Below are positions 12,625 to 25,900 of a stretch of 64,000 bases of DNA, in pieces; position 1 is the stretch's first letter; every line of letters starts with the position of its first letter. Under the pieces are notes generated by a model. That model did no database searches. It was not told the DNA's origin and saw nothing but the letters and a program-made list of their open reading frames with translations. Made by a program: the position numbers and the translations under genes. The stretch comes from Lama guanicoe (lineage: Eukaryota): NCBI GenBank assembly GCA_013239625.1, contig MU054187.1, positions 15,950,941-16,014,940 on the forward strand, read 5' to 3'.

Positions 12625-14902
12625 TTTTAATATGTCTTTTCTGGTTTTGTATTGTATGTAGTAGAAACTGTCCACAGAGTAAGCAAAGCTTCTGTGTTTG
12701 TTAAGCATCATTGTTCTTATGCAGTATGTCCTGAAATAAAAGTTAGAAATATTCAGCTTTAAAATTCTGTTTCTTTTAATGAAAAAAGTTTGTTTCCCCT
12801 GAAATACTTCCACTTTTTAAAACCAAACTGTAACACTTTCAGAGATAAAAGTGGGCCTTAAAAGTAAAATTCAATTCTTTTGAAAATCAAACACAACTGA
12901 CTGAAGCACCCTATCTGCTTCATTCGGTTGTTTATTTCCTGTATCATTTATATATACATGGACTTATTCCGTACTTAACTCTGTGCCGGACTTAGCTATA
13001 ATTTGAAGATATGACAGTACATTACCTGGATTCTACTTTACGATGCTATTTCCCATTTATTCTTAATCTTCTTTTTTTTTTTTGTCAGTCATTGAGTATT
13101 TAGGACTTATTGTATAAAATGACTTAGTTGCTTTGTCTTTTAAATTACATTTTTAAGTTTCTATTTTTATTTCTGTGATGTTATGGTATCTGTTAATTAT
13201 ATAACTTTACTATTATGCCCATTGGTTTGATTAATATAAACTATCATTATATTTATCCTGAAACTGTTAGATTATACAGTCTCAAGAAAAGGCTTCTGCC
13301 ATTTAACCCCTCACATTTTCTAGAACAACCTATGCTGTGGATTTATTGTTTGCATACTGAATTTGATATTTTCTCTGTCCTCCACAGTTGCTACTTTTTA
13401 ACATTCAGTTGTCGCATGGATATACCATGTAAAGTATTTCTTTTTCAAAAAATAGATCCATATGTTTATGTCGCATTTCTGGTATCATTTCAGATAGCAT
13501 CAAAGATTTCTCTGAGAATATATCTTATACTGTTTTTAGAATATATGTGCTAAAATAAAAATAAATAACTTTTTTGATATAACTCTTATAGGGTCTAATT
13601 ATAGGAGAATAGAATAGAATAAACTGGATAATCATTTTTTATAGGTATGGTCTGTAACTTTAAGGAATACTTTGTAAGAACTGATTTCTTTAAATAGCTT
13701 CTATTTTGTCATATTTTAGAAAATTTAGCTGAAATTTTCTTATATTTTATTGGTTTAAATAATATGCCTTAATTATATTGATTATTAGGTAAAATCTACT
13801 ATTGATTTTGATTCTAGTACTCAGTCTTTAAACTTTATTATTTAATTTTATTATTAATTCACATTTTCATTAATATTGTTGTAGTTAATGCTCACCAAAG
13901 TTATTTGTCATATCTGTAGTTGAAAACTAAACAATTAATTTTGAGATAAAATTTTAAATGATTTTCCTTTTTAAAAAGTTCTTACCCAAGCAAGAACATA
14001 TCTGCTGAAGTCTGCTGAAATGTCTCACAATGAATGGGAAAAGTCAATGATTATTGAAACTATACAGTTAGGGGTTGAGTTTTGAATTTAATTTTGAGTC
14101 CATAGCTTACAACAATAACCTGTTTAGGAATATTCTGCCCTCTGCACGCTCAGAGGAATGATGAATGGCACTGCTGAAATTTTACTTGGTCATACAGATC
14201 CAATCTTAACTCCCTCATCACAATATATGTTAAGGAAATCTCAAGATTTGTTGGAGCTGGGCACAGGTGAAGAAAGTCATGATAGTAACAGCATTTCCAG
14301 GTTCTTAAACCTTTTTCACTGTTTATAGGAGGTGAGTCCCATGAAAGATAGCTGTTTTATTAACTGCTGTGCTACTAGTACATTGCTTTTACTAGGTGCT
14401 CAGTGAGAACTGTGGAAATGAATATGAAAGGAACCTTCAGAACGTTCATTTACCATGAGCTCCTCTTTTTATCTTCTAGTGCTATGTTAAGACACTCAGA
14501 GGACCCAGACACATATTACACACCACCTTATACATAAATTCTAAATTAATTCCAATATATAAAATCCAAAACTTGTATTTATATTGAAATTTAAAAAATA
14601 ATCTTTTTTTTATGTTTCTCACTACAAAATTGTAGGTTAGACAGTCTAAGGTTATATTTTAGGGGACTTGCTATGTCTACAACTGGCTGATACCCTTCTC
14701 TTGTTGTCTTGAGTTTGCAAAGTGTAACCCAAATTTTAGAAGTGATACTTGTAACTGAAGCTGTGCTCTGTAGTTTAAAATTAAATTATTTGTTTTTCTT
14801 TATTTTAAATATATATATATTTAAAATTTTGATAAAAATCACTTTCAATCCTAGCCTTAAAAGTTTCCTGAAATAATAAAAGCACAGGCTTAACATATTT
14901 TT

Positions 14903-15700
14903 TATTGATTTATAATCATTTTACAATGTTGTGTCAAATTCCAGTGTAGAGCACAATTTTTCAGTTATACATGAACATATATATATTCATTGTCACATTT
15001 TTTTCTCTGTGAGCTACCGAAAAATCTTGTATATATTTCCCTGTGCTATACAGTATGATTTTGTTTATCTATTCTACAATTTTGAAATCTCAGTCTCTTC
15101 CCACCCCCTGCCCCCTTGGCAACCACAAGTTTGTATTCTATGTCTGTGAGTCTATTTCTGTTTTGTATTTATGCTTTGTTTTTTTGTTTTTGTTTTTGTT
15201 TTTTAGATTCCACATATGAGTGATCTCATATGGTATTTTTCTTTCTCTTTCCGGCTCACTTCACTTAGAATGACATTCTCCAGGAGCATCCATGTTGCTG
15301 CAAATGGCATTATGTTGTCAGTTTTTATGGCTGAATAGTATTCCATTGTATAAATATACCAACTCTTCTTTATGCAGTCATCTATTGATGGACATTTAGG
15401 CTGTTTCCATGTCTTGGCTATTGTAAATAGTGCTGCTATGAACATTGGGGTGCAGGTGTCATCCTGAAGTAGGGTTCCTTCTGGATATATGCCCAGGAGC
15501 AGGATTCCTGGGTCATATGGTAAGTCTATTCCTAGTCTTTTGAGGAATCTCCATACTGTTTTCCACAGTGGCTGCACCAAACTGCATTCCCACCAGCAGT
15601 GTAGGAGGGTTCCCTTTTCTCCACAGCCTCCGCAGCATTTGTCATTTGTGGATTTTTGAATGACGGCCATTCTGACTGGTGTGAGGTGATACCTCATTGT
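14903..15700 (-). mobile_element. Young 5'-truncated L1 (ORF2 C-terminus + 3'UTR) with 17-bp TSD
   Basis: TSD AGGCTTAACATATTTTT at 14886-14902 and 15701-15717; open ORF2 tail. Confidence 0.95.
15203..15697 (-). pseudogene. L1 ORF2p C-terminal fragment (cysteine-rich domain), uninterrupted 164 aa
   Basis: [60 protein letters not shown] match ORF2p. Confidence 0.93.
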
Positions 15701-15971
15701 AGGCTTAACATATTTTTAGTGTTTATAATGGGTTTTTGATATTTCTTTTACATTTTTACAATGGTCTCTTGAAATGGCTGGACAAACCCCCAGAAACCAA
15801 GTATAGGCTATAAATAGGTAAAGATGATTTTTAGTTTGAGGAAAATTAATTGGTCTGCAAAGGACAATGAGGGAAAAATTAAATTATTATATGAGAGATT
15901 CATGAATTTGTCCTAGTTGCCTGCACACTGTTTTCCAAGAGAGTTTATTTCAAAGGTATGAAAAGTAGATG

Positions 15972-16093
15972 CTCAGGATGCAAGATAAGGATGCCCACTT
16001 TCACCACTTTTATTCAACATAGTTTTGGAAGTCCTAGCCATAGCAATCAAAGAAGAAAAAGAAATAAAAAGAACCTAAATTGGAAATGAAGAA
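15972..16093 (+). mobile_element. Short internal L1 ORF2 (RT region) fragment
   Basis: GGATGCCCACTTTCACCACTTTTATTCAACATAGTTTTGGAAGTCCTAGCC encodes GCPLSPLLFNIVLEVLA. Confidence 0.85.
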
Positions 16094-17020
16094 GCATCTC
16101 CAAGTACTTTTAGGAGTCAGCTCACACTGTGTCTTGATCCTGGTGAAATACGAAGGTAAAGAAACTATATTGGAGGAAATAATAAGAGTTGAGATAGGGA
16201 AAGAAAGGGATACCCTTATACCATGCCTTTTCTGGGATTTGGTGATAAATTATGAGCTTAAATATACAAGTTTCAGAAGAAACAAGAACTCATCCATCTG
16301 GAGTTCAAATTAGAATTGCTTTGCAGGCCAGTTCCCCAGAAAGTCCTGTGAAATGAGAAAAGCACAACAAAATTCTTCGTTTGGTAGAAGAGAGTGTCTA
16401 AACCATGCATCTATTCTCACATCAAATGGTATATGTCTTACACTTTCTATCTACACACACAGAACACAAACCATAAATCAATAGGAAAATTTGGCTGGAA
16501 GTGGCTCTTGGGAACTACAGTGTAGGGAATTAGATCCTGGCTGAGAGTTGACTAACCATGTAAATGGGTCACTGAACATTTACTGACTCTTACTATGCCT
16601 AATTATGTACCCCATATTATTATACTTGGGAAAACTGTAGAATTGATTGTCAAGATTATGAAATTCCACACAGTGTGTCCCTACTGCTCTCAGGGAAGCA
16701 ATGCAGGGCTTTTGATAATATTGTTTAAATTCATCTGCCTTTTATCCCCACATATATTATTCAATGTGAGGACCAAGGAAGCCCCAAAACTCCAGAATAG
16801 TTATAAAATTGTCTGCAAGGATTTGGATAGTACATGAAAATGAAAACAATTATGATAATAATATGATTTTCATGTAAAATAATAAATGTGATCATGTATG
16901 AACAATCAAAATACCAAAACATTGACAATAAAGAACTACACAATGTTGAGAAAAACATAAATTTGGAAGATAAAATGTAGTGTATAACTCTGTGACTGGA
17001 AATCACTTTAAAGCTGTTTT

Positions 17021-17164
17021 TATTTATTTATTTACTTATTTTTTGGTGGGGGAGGTAATCAGGTTTGTTTATTTATATATTTGATGGAGGTACTAGGGAT
17101 TGAACCCAGGACCCCGTGCCTGCTAAGCAGGCACTTTTAACACTGAACCATACCCTCCCCTACC
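17021..17164 (-). mobile_element. tRNA-derived SINE of camelid Vic-1 type
   Basis: Minus strand GGGGAGGGTATGGTTCAGTG..CTTAGCAGGCACGGGGTCCTGGGTTCAATCCCTAGTACCTCCA (A/B boxes), A-rich tail; flanks AAGCTGTTTTT / AAGCTGCTTTTT are TSD-like. Confidence 0.85.
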
Positions 17165-18659
17165 AAGCTGCTTTTTGAAGAAGCTTATATAGAGAGGTAA
17201 ACTCTATTATTTCCAGGATTACATATGCTGAGGAAAGATAATCATCAATGTACATTTTATGAGGCTTTGATAGCATTTTAATAATTTGATGTTTGATATA
17301 AAGTGATTCTTTCTGGGCTTTTCTAACAGACTGGCTCTTGCAAACTTTGCACTTGGGATGTAGGAAGATTTTATTCATGCATTAATTAATGAACGTTTAC
17401 TTCTCACAAACAGCTGATTTCTGTCCTACATTGAAACACCAAAACACATTTGATGTTCAATAAACATCTAGAGTATATTTATCTACTTTAGAAAATATGC
17501 CTTAAATTCAGTCATTTGTAACTACAAATCTCACTTTCAAATAAAACTATTTTAAATGTATTTTTAATGTTTATATTATATTTATATTATATAAATATAT
17601 ACTTCTATATTAAAATATCTTATATATTATTAAATATGACCTTTTGTCTATCATCAGCAATTTTATATTTTAGAATTTATCTTCACAGTTAAATTTCATT
17701 CTTCATCCATACAAAATCTTCAAATTCTCCATTTTAAGCATTTTTTTGTAATCCAGGTTGAATTAATTCATTTGGTATATAGTTACTTAGTTCCTAATAC
17801 ATTAAAGCTATGTAGAAAAAACATTCATAGCTGGAAGTTTTAGAGAGTTTCTTGACTCAATTCAAAAGAATAAACTAGGTTAAGGTCATCAGTTTGTATA
17901 TCACTTACTTTATATTCAAAACTCATTATGGTTATATTTAATGCTTGAAAATATACGGAAATATATTAACATTGCAATATTCTCAGAGCCAAGCAGCCTT
18001 GCACTCTGTGAATTACCATGTGATTTCAGGCAGAAGAAGAACGTGATATGACACAGGGTATCTGAGACCAGACTATCTTGGCTTATCTTCGCCAAAAGAG
18101 AGGCATTCAGGAGGAGGTGGAATTGGTCTTTTACCTTTTTTTTTTCTGGTTGTGCATTGTCCTCCCTCCATACTCATCTTTTCAGATAGTAGTTTTCACA
18201 TTTTGTTTTTGTTTTTAAATCATTTCAGCATTCTACATTACACAGTTTTATAGTTTTGTCCAATCGCTTTTGACAAAAAGTTTATTTGAAAGGAATCATT
18301 ATTAAATTTACTCATACACAAGTAGTACTAATGATTCGTACTTGAAAAATATTTTGAATTGGTCACAAAAGCCCAAATGTCATTATCCTTCAAAAAAATA
18401 ACAAAGACAAAATGCAAGAGATGTTCAAATCCATCATTATAATTAAACTTTGTTTATGGACAGAAACAATGAGGGTATAACACATAAAATCAGATGAAAG
18501 TTTCGTAGAGATGGTAAAGTTTGTGCTTCATTTGGGCTAGAAATTATCTTTAGGTAATAAAACACCTTGCAAACATTAAAACAAACAAAAACTTGCGTTA
18601 TATTACTGTCAAACATATTAAAGTCCAAGGAGCAACTAGTATGGCTCATCTTATAAATT

Positions 18660-19325
18660 TGTCAACTTTATTGAGATATATTTCATGTATGTTAAAATTC
18701 ACCCATTTAAAGTGTACAGTTTAATGGCTTTGTATATCCACAGATTTGTGCAACTTTCCCACAAGCCACTTTAGACATTTTTATCACTCCCTCCAAAAAC
18801 TCCACACACACTCCCATTCTTTTTCCATTCCTTCAAGTCTCCCAGCACCCCCAGCCTCCCTGTCACCTAAGCCCTAGGCAACCATTAATCTACTTTCTCT
18901 CTCTATGGATCTTCTAATTTTGAATTTTTGGAATTATGTATATGCTCTTTCTGTGACTGTCTTTTTGTCACTTAGTACAGTGCCTTTAAGGTTCATCTAT
19001 GTTGTAGCATGTATCAGCTCTTCTTTCTTCTTATTATTAAGTAATACTCCACTGCATTAATATCAATATACATTGTTTCCCCATTTACCAGTTGAGGAAC
19101 ATGTGGGTTATTTCTGCCTTTTGGCTATTATAAATAATGCTTCCATGAACATTCACGTATAAATTTTTGCATAGATATGTGTTTTCATTTCTTTGGGGTA
19201 TATACCTAGAAGCAGAATTGCTAGTCACATTGTAACTCTAAATTTAACATTTGAGAACTGCCAAATTGTTTTTCAAAGCACATTTTATTTTCCTACCAAC
19301 AACAGATGAGGGTTCTCATTTTTTT
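18660..19325 (-). mobile_element. L1MB-like 3' end fragment
   Basis: TTTATTGAGATATA..ATTCACCCATTTAAAGTGTACAG..GCCCTAGGCAACCATTAATCTACTTTCT. Confidence 0.8.
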
Positions 19326-19729
19326 GATCTGTGTCCAGCACAAAAAAACACCAGAAAAAAAGGAGAACCAGCTTTTTGTTAAGCAAACATCACATCCTAT
19401 CCTTTCTACTTTAGTAATAAGTGCCCAGATTTTACAAGCCACATGGGTGCCTGATCAGTTGCTCTTCTGCAGCTGCATGAAGTTGTGCAACCATGTTTTA
19501 TTCAATGAAATATCTGCAGTTGTAATGTATAAAGCTCCAGGTCTTATCATAATAGAAACAGAGTGTCCTCCTCTTCCTTCTTCCCCTTTTTTGTTTTCAG
19601 GGAATGCAGATCTTGGATTATAGAAAGGAAGCTCTGGTTTGAGAACAGAAGCAACAAGATAGGAACTTGCATTCCTGCCTCTATGGAGATGCCGAGATGG
19701 TGTTATCTACTTGAAATATTAGGTAAGTC

Positions 19730-19891
19730 AAGACTTCTTAACTTTAAAATGCATACAAGTCCCTTGGATATCTTTTGGAAATTCCGACTTTAATTCAGAA
19801 CATCTTGATTGAAGCTGAGGCACTGCATTTCCAACAAGTTTCCAGAAAATGTTTATGTTTTTGGCCCAAGGACCATACTTGGAATATCAAG
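19730..19891. mobile_element. MER5A-like MITE
   Basis: CTTCTTAACTTT..CTGCATTTCCAACAAG..GGACCATACTTGGAATATCAAG. Confidence 0.6.
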
Positions 19892-21399
19892 AATGTAAGA
19901 CACTTACTCCTGTGCCTTATGTGAATCATGTAAGAGAAAGAAATGTCTGTTTTGACTAAATCATTGTTATTCTGGTCTGTGTTGTGGTGGAGAACTTGAA
20001 TACTCCTATTATAATATTTGAAAGTCTTAGCATAGTGCTTGCCAGGGGAGAAATCCCAATAAATTATTAACATTACTTGTATTAGCACTGTTAAGTTAAT
20101 AGGAATTACTGAAAAATAATGATTCGGTTTAAAAAACTTACAGGATTTTCTATCGAACAACTTAAAAACTATTTTCCAATTACACCATGTTCTCTATAGG
20201 TGTGCACATTCAATCATTTACACACGTGCATAAACATACTTAAATATTAGATATGTGTGTGTGTGGGGGGGTATTACTTGCATGCTGGTACATCAAGGAG
20301 TATCCTTAAAAGCTAGTCCTGCCTAATATTTAGAAAGCAGTCTGTAATCACATTTCTTTCTACCACAAGTGATGTGTGAACTAAAATTAGGAATTGAGAA
20401 ATTCCTTAGAGATTGGGTCTGAAGCACAGCCATTATGAATTGCCCATGCATTGAAATTTAACCTCTTATCCCCATGGAAAACTCAAGGAATTAGTATTCA
20501 GTATTATTGGATAAGAATTTAAATACATGATTTAGCTGTGGCTTTAATACAATTTAGATTGTAAATTATAAGATATCATGTACCTCAATTATGCTACATA
20601 AATAATGGATAGAAAGAATAAAGGTAGAGAAAATGATTGGACCAGTAATTTTAAAAGATCTAATTTGATATAATCAGAAAAAATTATTTAAGGCAACCTG
20701 TATATACTGCTAAACGATTTGGAATTAAAAAAAAAAACTTCTAACTAAAATTACTCTCTATAGGTCCATAATGGTCCATAGTTTTTCAGGGAAATATGTA
20801 GTGTCTAAATGGATAATTATGATCTAATTATTTTTCAGTGACCATTGTTAAGCCATTGGGAGATTAAAACATAGTTCAGACATTATATATTAGTAAACAA
20901 GTATTGAGGTATCTATTTCCAGTGATTAAAAACAGTCATTTGAATTATTAATTTATGTTATCAGTGGGCACAGGGCTACAAAGCTGAGAAACAAAGTATG
21001 TAATTGTTTAGTGAGACATAGTAAGTAAATGCTTATCTTTGGTAATGTGAAATTAAGGAAGAATGAGCTCTAAAATAATTAAACATAATAATTATTTGCA
21101 TAAGAGTAAATGGCCTTATAAGTAATATTTAGTCTATGTAAAATGACGAATGAAATTTATATTAAAATATGTTTTTGGCAATGTTATAGTTTCAGTCTAA
21201 ATCACACTAATTGTGATCTTCAATTTTTCTCTCTTCTCTGTCTCTCCCTTTCACATGTCAGCTCACTGTACCTGACTTTTGTTCACACCATTGTAGAAAC
21301 ACTGTTTATTCAGAGATCAAAATGATGTCTTAGTTCCCCAACTGAATAGAAAGCTTATAGTTCCATTTCATTTCTCTGTCGCATGTTCTCGAAATTCCC

Positions 21400-22230
21400 T
21401 CCTCCCTGAGCTCCTGCAATTCCACTTTTATCTACTTCTCTGCTTCCTGTAATTCTCCTTCCCATACATCTTCTGTCTGTTCTTTAAATACTGCCAGTTC
21501 CCTTTCCCATTCTCCTTTCTTTCCACCTGTCTTCTGTGTTTCTCAGACTTACTTTGTTCACCGACATCGCTGAGATTCCAATGATCTATGACCCTTCTCC
21601 CTAGAGAGAAATAAGCACACACGAAATTTTAAGTGCAATTTTAGGAGATTCATGAATCCCCCAGAAGCCCTATGTAGGATATCCCTGATTAAGACACTCT
21701 GCTCTATTGAGCATTCTGGTAGATTCATATGGCTTTCATGACTGTGTGTGTATATATATATATATATATGCTGACAAATTCCATAGCTCTTTTCTAGTAC
21801 AGTCCAATGGCTCTAACAATAGCTCTCACTTTCAATGAGATAAGCTCCTTTGGAAGGTTAGGCTGATATCTCAAACTCAGCATATACCCATTACGTGAAT
21901 TTGCCATAGTCCCTCCACTAAAGCCTCCAGTCTCTTAGTTGATGACCTCATATGCACCAAGAAGTAATCTTATCCTTGACACATCCTTCTTTTTAACTCT
22001 GTAACGTAGAATAAATCACCCAGTGTATTTTGTTGACTTTTTGTTTCTCTAAAATATTGCTTACTTTTTTTTTCTGTTATCGTCACTCCAGTCTCTGTCC
22101 AAGTTCTCTGTATTTCCTAAATTATTACAAAAGCATCTAGTCTTATTCTCTCTTCTCAGAGCCACTGGGTTTGATCATTTTAACTTGCTTAACAAGCTTC
22201 AGTGGCTCCCCATTGTCTATAGAATTAAAA
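21400..22230. mobile_element. L2 LINE fragments
   Basis: Pyrimidine-rich degenerate sequence; ATGCTGACAAATTCC, TCAGTGGCTCCCCATTG. Confidence 0.5.
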
Positions 22231-22559
22231 AAGAATAAAAGAAACAAAAGAAAAAAATACATGCTAGCCATCTAATTAATGCACCAGGTACAAGACCACA
22301 TATCTTACTCAACATTACTTTTTTGCTAATAACTAGTAGAGTAAGGATTTACCTCAGATCTCTCTAAGATTGTGCTCTTTCTACTGACTGACAGCCTCAG
22401 TGAATTCTAGTCACCTCATGGTACAATATGAACCTCCACAAGCAGACCCACCATGGGCAGACATGGGTTTCTGCCATTCTAATGGCCATCTTGAACTCTT
22501 TTATCTCTTCACTCTGTGAAAAAGGCAGATACATCCTTTTCCTTCTTCCACTGTAAATA

Positions 22560-22955
22560 GAGGTGATCATGTGATTCACTTTTGGGCAAAGAAACCCCGA
22601 GGGTTATCTGGACAGGAATTTTCTCCATGATGAAGAGGGAGAGGTATGTAAAGACATCCACTTTCACTCCCTTACTGACCTTTCTGCTTTGGCCATTGTA
22701 AGGACACAACGTCTGTAGCTCCCATGACCACCATTTGATCACTAGGTGAGAAGCCCAAATACGAAAATCAATTATTTTCATGTTGGAGGGAGAGGATGGA
22801 AAGAGCCTGGATTCTTGATGACATCATAAAACTCCTGAACTAACTCCGGACTGCAGGTTGAGCAAATAATAAACTCTTTCTCTTTTTTTTTTGTAATGGT
22901 TTAAGCCACTGTTAGTGGTTTTCCTATTAACTGTAGCATAAACCATAGAAAATGA
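22560..22955 (+). mobile_element. MLT1J/K-like LTR fragment
   Basis: GGAAAGAGCCTGGATTCTTGATGACATC..GTTTAAGCCACTGTTAGTGG..TGTAGC. Confidence 0.6.
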
Positions 22956-25900
22956 TAAGCTACTATCCCAGTATCATTGATTTTAATTTTCCCTAGTGTA
23001 CCATATCTGCAAATAGATTTAAGTACCATTTTCCCAAACATCAGGAGCATTTTCATACCTACATTCATTGTAGGATAGCTTCCTGCCCAGATTCTTACAA
23101 CATACTTATTTTTCTGAATAACTAACTTCTACCTTCTCCTTTGATAGCCAGTAAAATTTCACCTCTTTCAAATCTGTTCTTTCCATGATAAAAGCCTTCT
23201 ACATCAGCATGGTCCACTGGAAAAAATAGGGAGAGCTTATAAAGTTGTTTCTGTTTGCATAACTGTCCACCCTCTTAGACTCTGTTTCCTCAAGGCCGAG
23301 ATTTTATTCATGCATTTCTCCAGTTTTAACAAGTGCTCCTATTTAGAGCACTGGAAGTGATGGAAGGATATGTGAATTCAAAAGCTTGAGTTACTTTGGG
23401 ATTTCATTTTAGCTTTTCCCATTTTTGTTGTTATTTTATTTTCAAAGGGTTAAAATTATTTCAAAGAAATTTTCTAGGTCATTTTCTAGGATAATCCACT
23501 TCCAAAGGAACTGAATGTGAACCTGTTATGTTAAAAATGGATATATTTAAGAGAAAATTCCCTTCCCCTGAAATAAGAGGGGATCTCTGGGCTTTGACTA
23601 TCAGCTGCTATGCCCTTAAATCTTTCCTCTGAAGCTGTGATACAGGACGAGGCAGGTTAACTTTCTAACTATACTTGTTACATATCATGTCTCACAAGAC
23701 ATACAATTTATCGCTACATTGTAATAGCAATTTAGCTTGTCTCCCTTGTTAGATTTTAAGCTCCTTGAGGTCAAGCACTTGGTCTTATTCACTCTTGTAT
23801 CACCCACATTTTGTACACATCTTGGTCCATATTTACTAACCTAAGTACACCTTTCTTTCAAATGTATTCTGAAGTTATGATACCAAAATACTTCATCTCT
23901 ACAAGTTTGAAGTTTACAATTTAAAGTCAAATATACCCATGTAAATATTTTATAATTGCATGCATTGAATAGCTCTCCCCCACCAAAGCTAATTATATTA
24001 ATATTCCAGAGTTTGTTACTAATTCAGTACAGATGTCTTTTAAGAGATGCATAGGACTGAGTTGGCAATGTTGTCATTCACCCAGGAAAGGGTAACTCAG
24101 ACAAGACAGGACTTAACCTACCCCTGGAGACTACACCCTAGCTCTGCAGGGCATTAAGCCCTCGCCAATTTCTATAATCTCTTTTCAAAGATTGCAAACC
24201 TCATCTCCCCAGGGTTTACAATCCCTGACAGTCTGTAAAGCAGCAGGTATAAATTCTGCTTCTAATTTGTAATTACTGGGTCCACATCCCAACAAGCTAG
24301 ATCAGACATTATTGAGATTGCCTTTATTTAATTAGAGGACATGCTTCTCTCTAAATATAAAATAGTACATTGAAATATAATGACATGAAGCCTTTAGGTT
24401 GCTTTTTAGGTGTTTTTTTTTTCTAATTGTCCTGTTCCCTTGCTGGGTCTATATTCTACCACAGCCTATTACCACTAATAATAGTGCTCGATTCTATGCA
24501 TATTTTAAAGAAAATTTGTTTTTGCTGGGAAAAAAAAACAAAACAAGGAGAGCAGGTTATAGAATGGAGACTGTTGGATCTTGAGTTCTTATCCCTTCTC
24601 TGAGAACAGTCCCTATTATTAATGTATATTATTACTTCAAGTATGTCAGAAAAGGAGACAAACAAGTCAGAGGTAGGAATTTCTTCCTAATTCACTCTGC
24701 CTAGCCAGCAAAATGCAACACAAAATTATTCAGGGGAAAAATACAATTTTCTGTCATCTCTGTCATACACTGATAACAAAGCTACAGGCTAATATGTTTT
24801 GATATTTTTGTCACTCGTTTATCATGTGACCTTTCATGCTATCATTAATATAGCTGAGGGACAGAGCAGATACACTGAAATAAGGGTGTGGAGAAGTCAG
24901 ATTGCTTCTCTAACAACCAACGGTCAGTCACAGCAATTTATGCTTTTCTCCAGAATAGCCCTGACTGAAGAAGAGGAATTGTTATTAAAATTTGATATTA
25001 CTGTCTAGGTCCTGCCACCTAGAATTTGCAACTTTTAGCAATGATAGGAATACTGGAGGGTTAATAAATTTCCCTTTGAATTATGATATTAATACAATAC
25101 AACGTGCCTGTTCAGATATTCAGAGCATATATATGAAAAAATGTAACCTAGACGTTTGAACGTTGACTATTAGTCATACTCTGATTTGGTAAATCCAGAG
25201 AGCACATTCAAATATGATTGTTGAAATTGCTCTGTATGTGTGCAGCAAAAACTGTTGATATTTTTAAAGTATAGATGAACCAAAATAATTTGTGGTGCTG
25301 GGGACTGTGGTATGAATACCCGAAAGTTTAATGCATCTTCTGTTTTCTTTGATGATAAATGATACCTGGTTTAAATTTGCATGCAGCCTAACACCATTTC
25401 TGACAATGGTCTAGTTTTTATGTTGCCCGTGGAGGCTAGACTGTTAAAATTCCAATATAAAACTAATTTATACTTGACATTAATGAGTTAAGAAATGTTT
25501 TATATAGTACATCAGGGCAGGGAGAGAACTTTACAGGGATATACTAAAATCAAATTATGTCTGAATACTACTATTATGCACAAAAATAATTTTTCCCCCA
25601 ATTTTAGCTAAGTACAAGAACAAAACTCTATGTTTTTAATGTTTATGTAAAGGCAACCATTTTGCCTTCTTGTATACCATACAGAAATATCATAAAATGA
25701 AGGTAAAGTATTAACATTTTAAAGGCATGCACATCTGTTAAAGGTTATGAAAAAAATATAGGGTTTTGTTATAAAATTATTAGTAGTAATCTAAGCTAGC
25801 TCTTATTAAACAAAAAAATTTGTCTCTTTGAAGAACATTTTAAAAATACAAATAAATCAGAAAATGACCTTTCCATAAGAAAAAAAAAAACAAGTAAGGA

